Positions 12,432 through 12,513 of a stretch of DNA of 12,513 bases are shown here, piece by piece. The notes under the pieces were generated by a model. It made no database searches and had not been told where the DNA came from. It saw only the letters and a program-made list of their open reading frames with translations. Made by a program: the position numbers and the translations under genes. Each line of letters opens with the position of its first letter. Position 1 is the first letter of the stretch. This stretch comes from Candidatus Bathyarchaeia archaeon (lineage in GTDB: Archaea > Thermoproteota > Bathyarchaeia > Bathyarchaeales > Bathycorpusculaceae): assembly GCA_030019335.1 (NCBI GenBank), contig JASEET010000003.1:7743-20255 (forward strand), in the 5' to 3' direction.

Positions 12432-12513
12432 CATCAAAATTTGAAATTCATAAAACAGAAAGCAACCATAGCCCTAAACCTTCAAGCATGGCGGAGTTTC
12501 TCGATTCCTTCAG

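Noticed and set aside
12448-12513. Possible 3' end of a minus-strand CDS entering from the right edge (...LKESRNSAMLEGLGLWLLSVL*)
   Set aside because: Only 21 codons are visible and there is no motif, which is too little to call.
1-12513. CRISPR arrays, tRNA or rRNA genes, inteins in polB, and defence islands
   Set aside because: There are no regularly spaced repeats and no cloverleaf candidates in the intergenic regions. The PolB is uninterrupted at 795 aa, and no recognisable defence genes are present.

Overview
This window reads as a chromosomal segment from an archaeon, about 42% GC. The TACK-type TyrRS and the overall gene set suggest a Thermoproteota/Bathyarchaeia-like lineage, but that assignment is inference only. 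Positions 1-11300 form a dense block of core information-processing genes. In order they are: RNase P RNA (-), Fap7/AK6-like kinase (+), a small Mrr-like PD-(D/E)xK protein (-), a DUF1922-like zinc ribbon (+), a ZIP metal transporter (-), a TtuA/NcsA-type tRNA thiolase (-), a Pol-beta-superfamily nucleotidyltransferase (+), TBP (-), Pelota (-), family B DNA polymerase (+), DnaG primase (-), a small Toprim protein (-) and TyrRS (-). The last ~1.2 kb (11300-12513) is decayed accessory DNA. It holds a repeat-bracketed ~105-nt insert, the C-terminal fragment of an IS6-family transposase with a recognisable terminal inverted repeat, a frameshifted N-terminal stub of an NAD-dependent epimerase, and a split zinc-ribbon ORF. 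I see no CRISPR array, no tRNA or rRNA, and no convincing multi-gene defence or novel system. The observations most worth a second look are these. (1) The PolB keeps all polymerase motifs but has lost the ExoI and ExoIII catalytic residues. (2) The conserved N-terminus of DnaG lies upstream of any canonical in-frame start codon. (3) A ~38-nt C-rich motif occurs at both edges of the housekeeping block. (4) tyrS, the small Toprim gene and dnaG sit in tandem.
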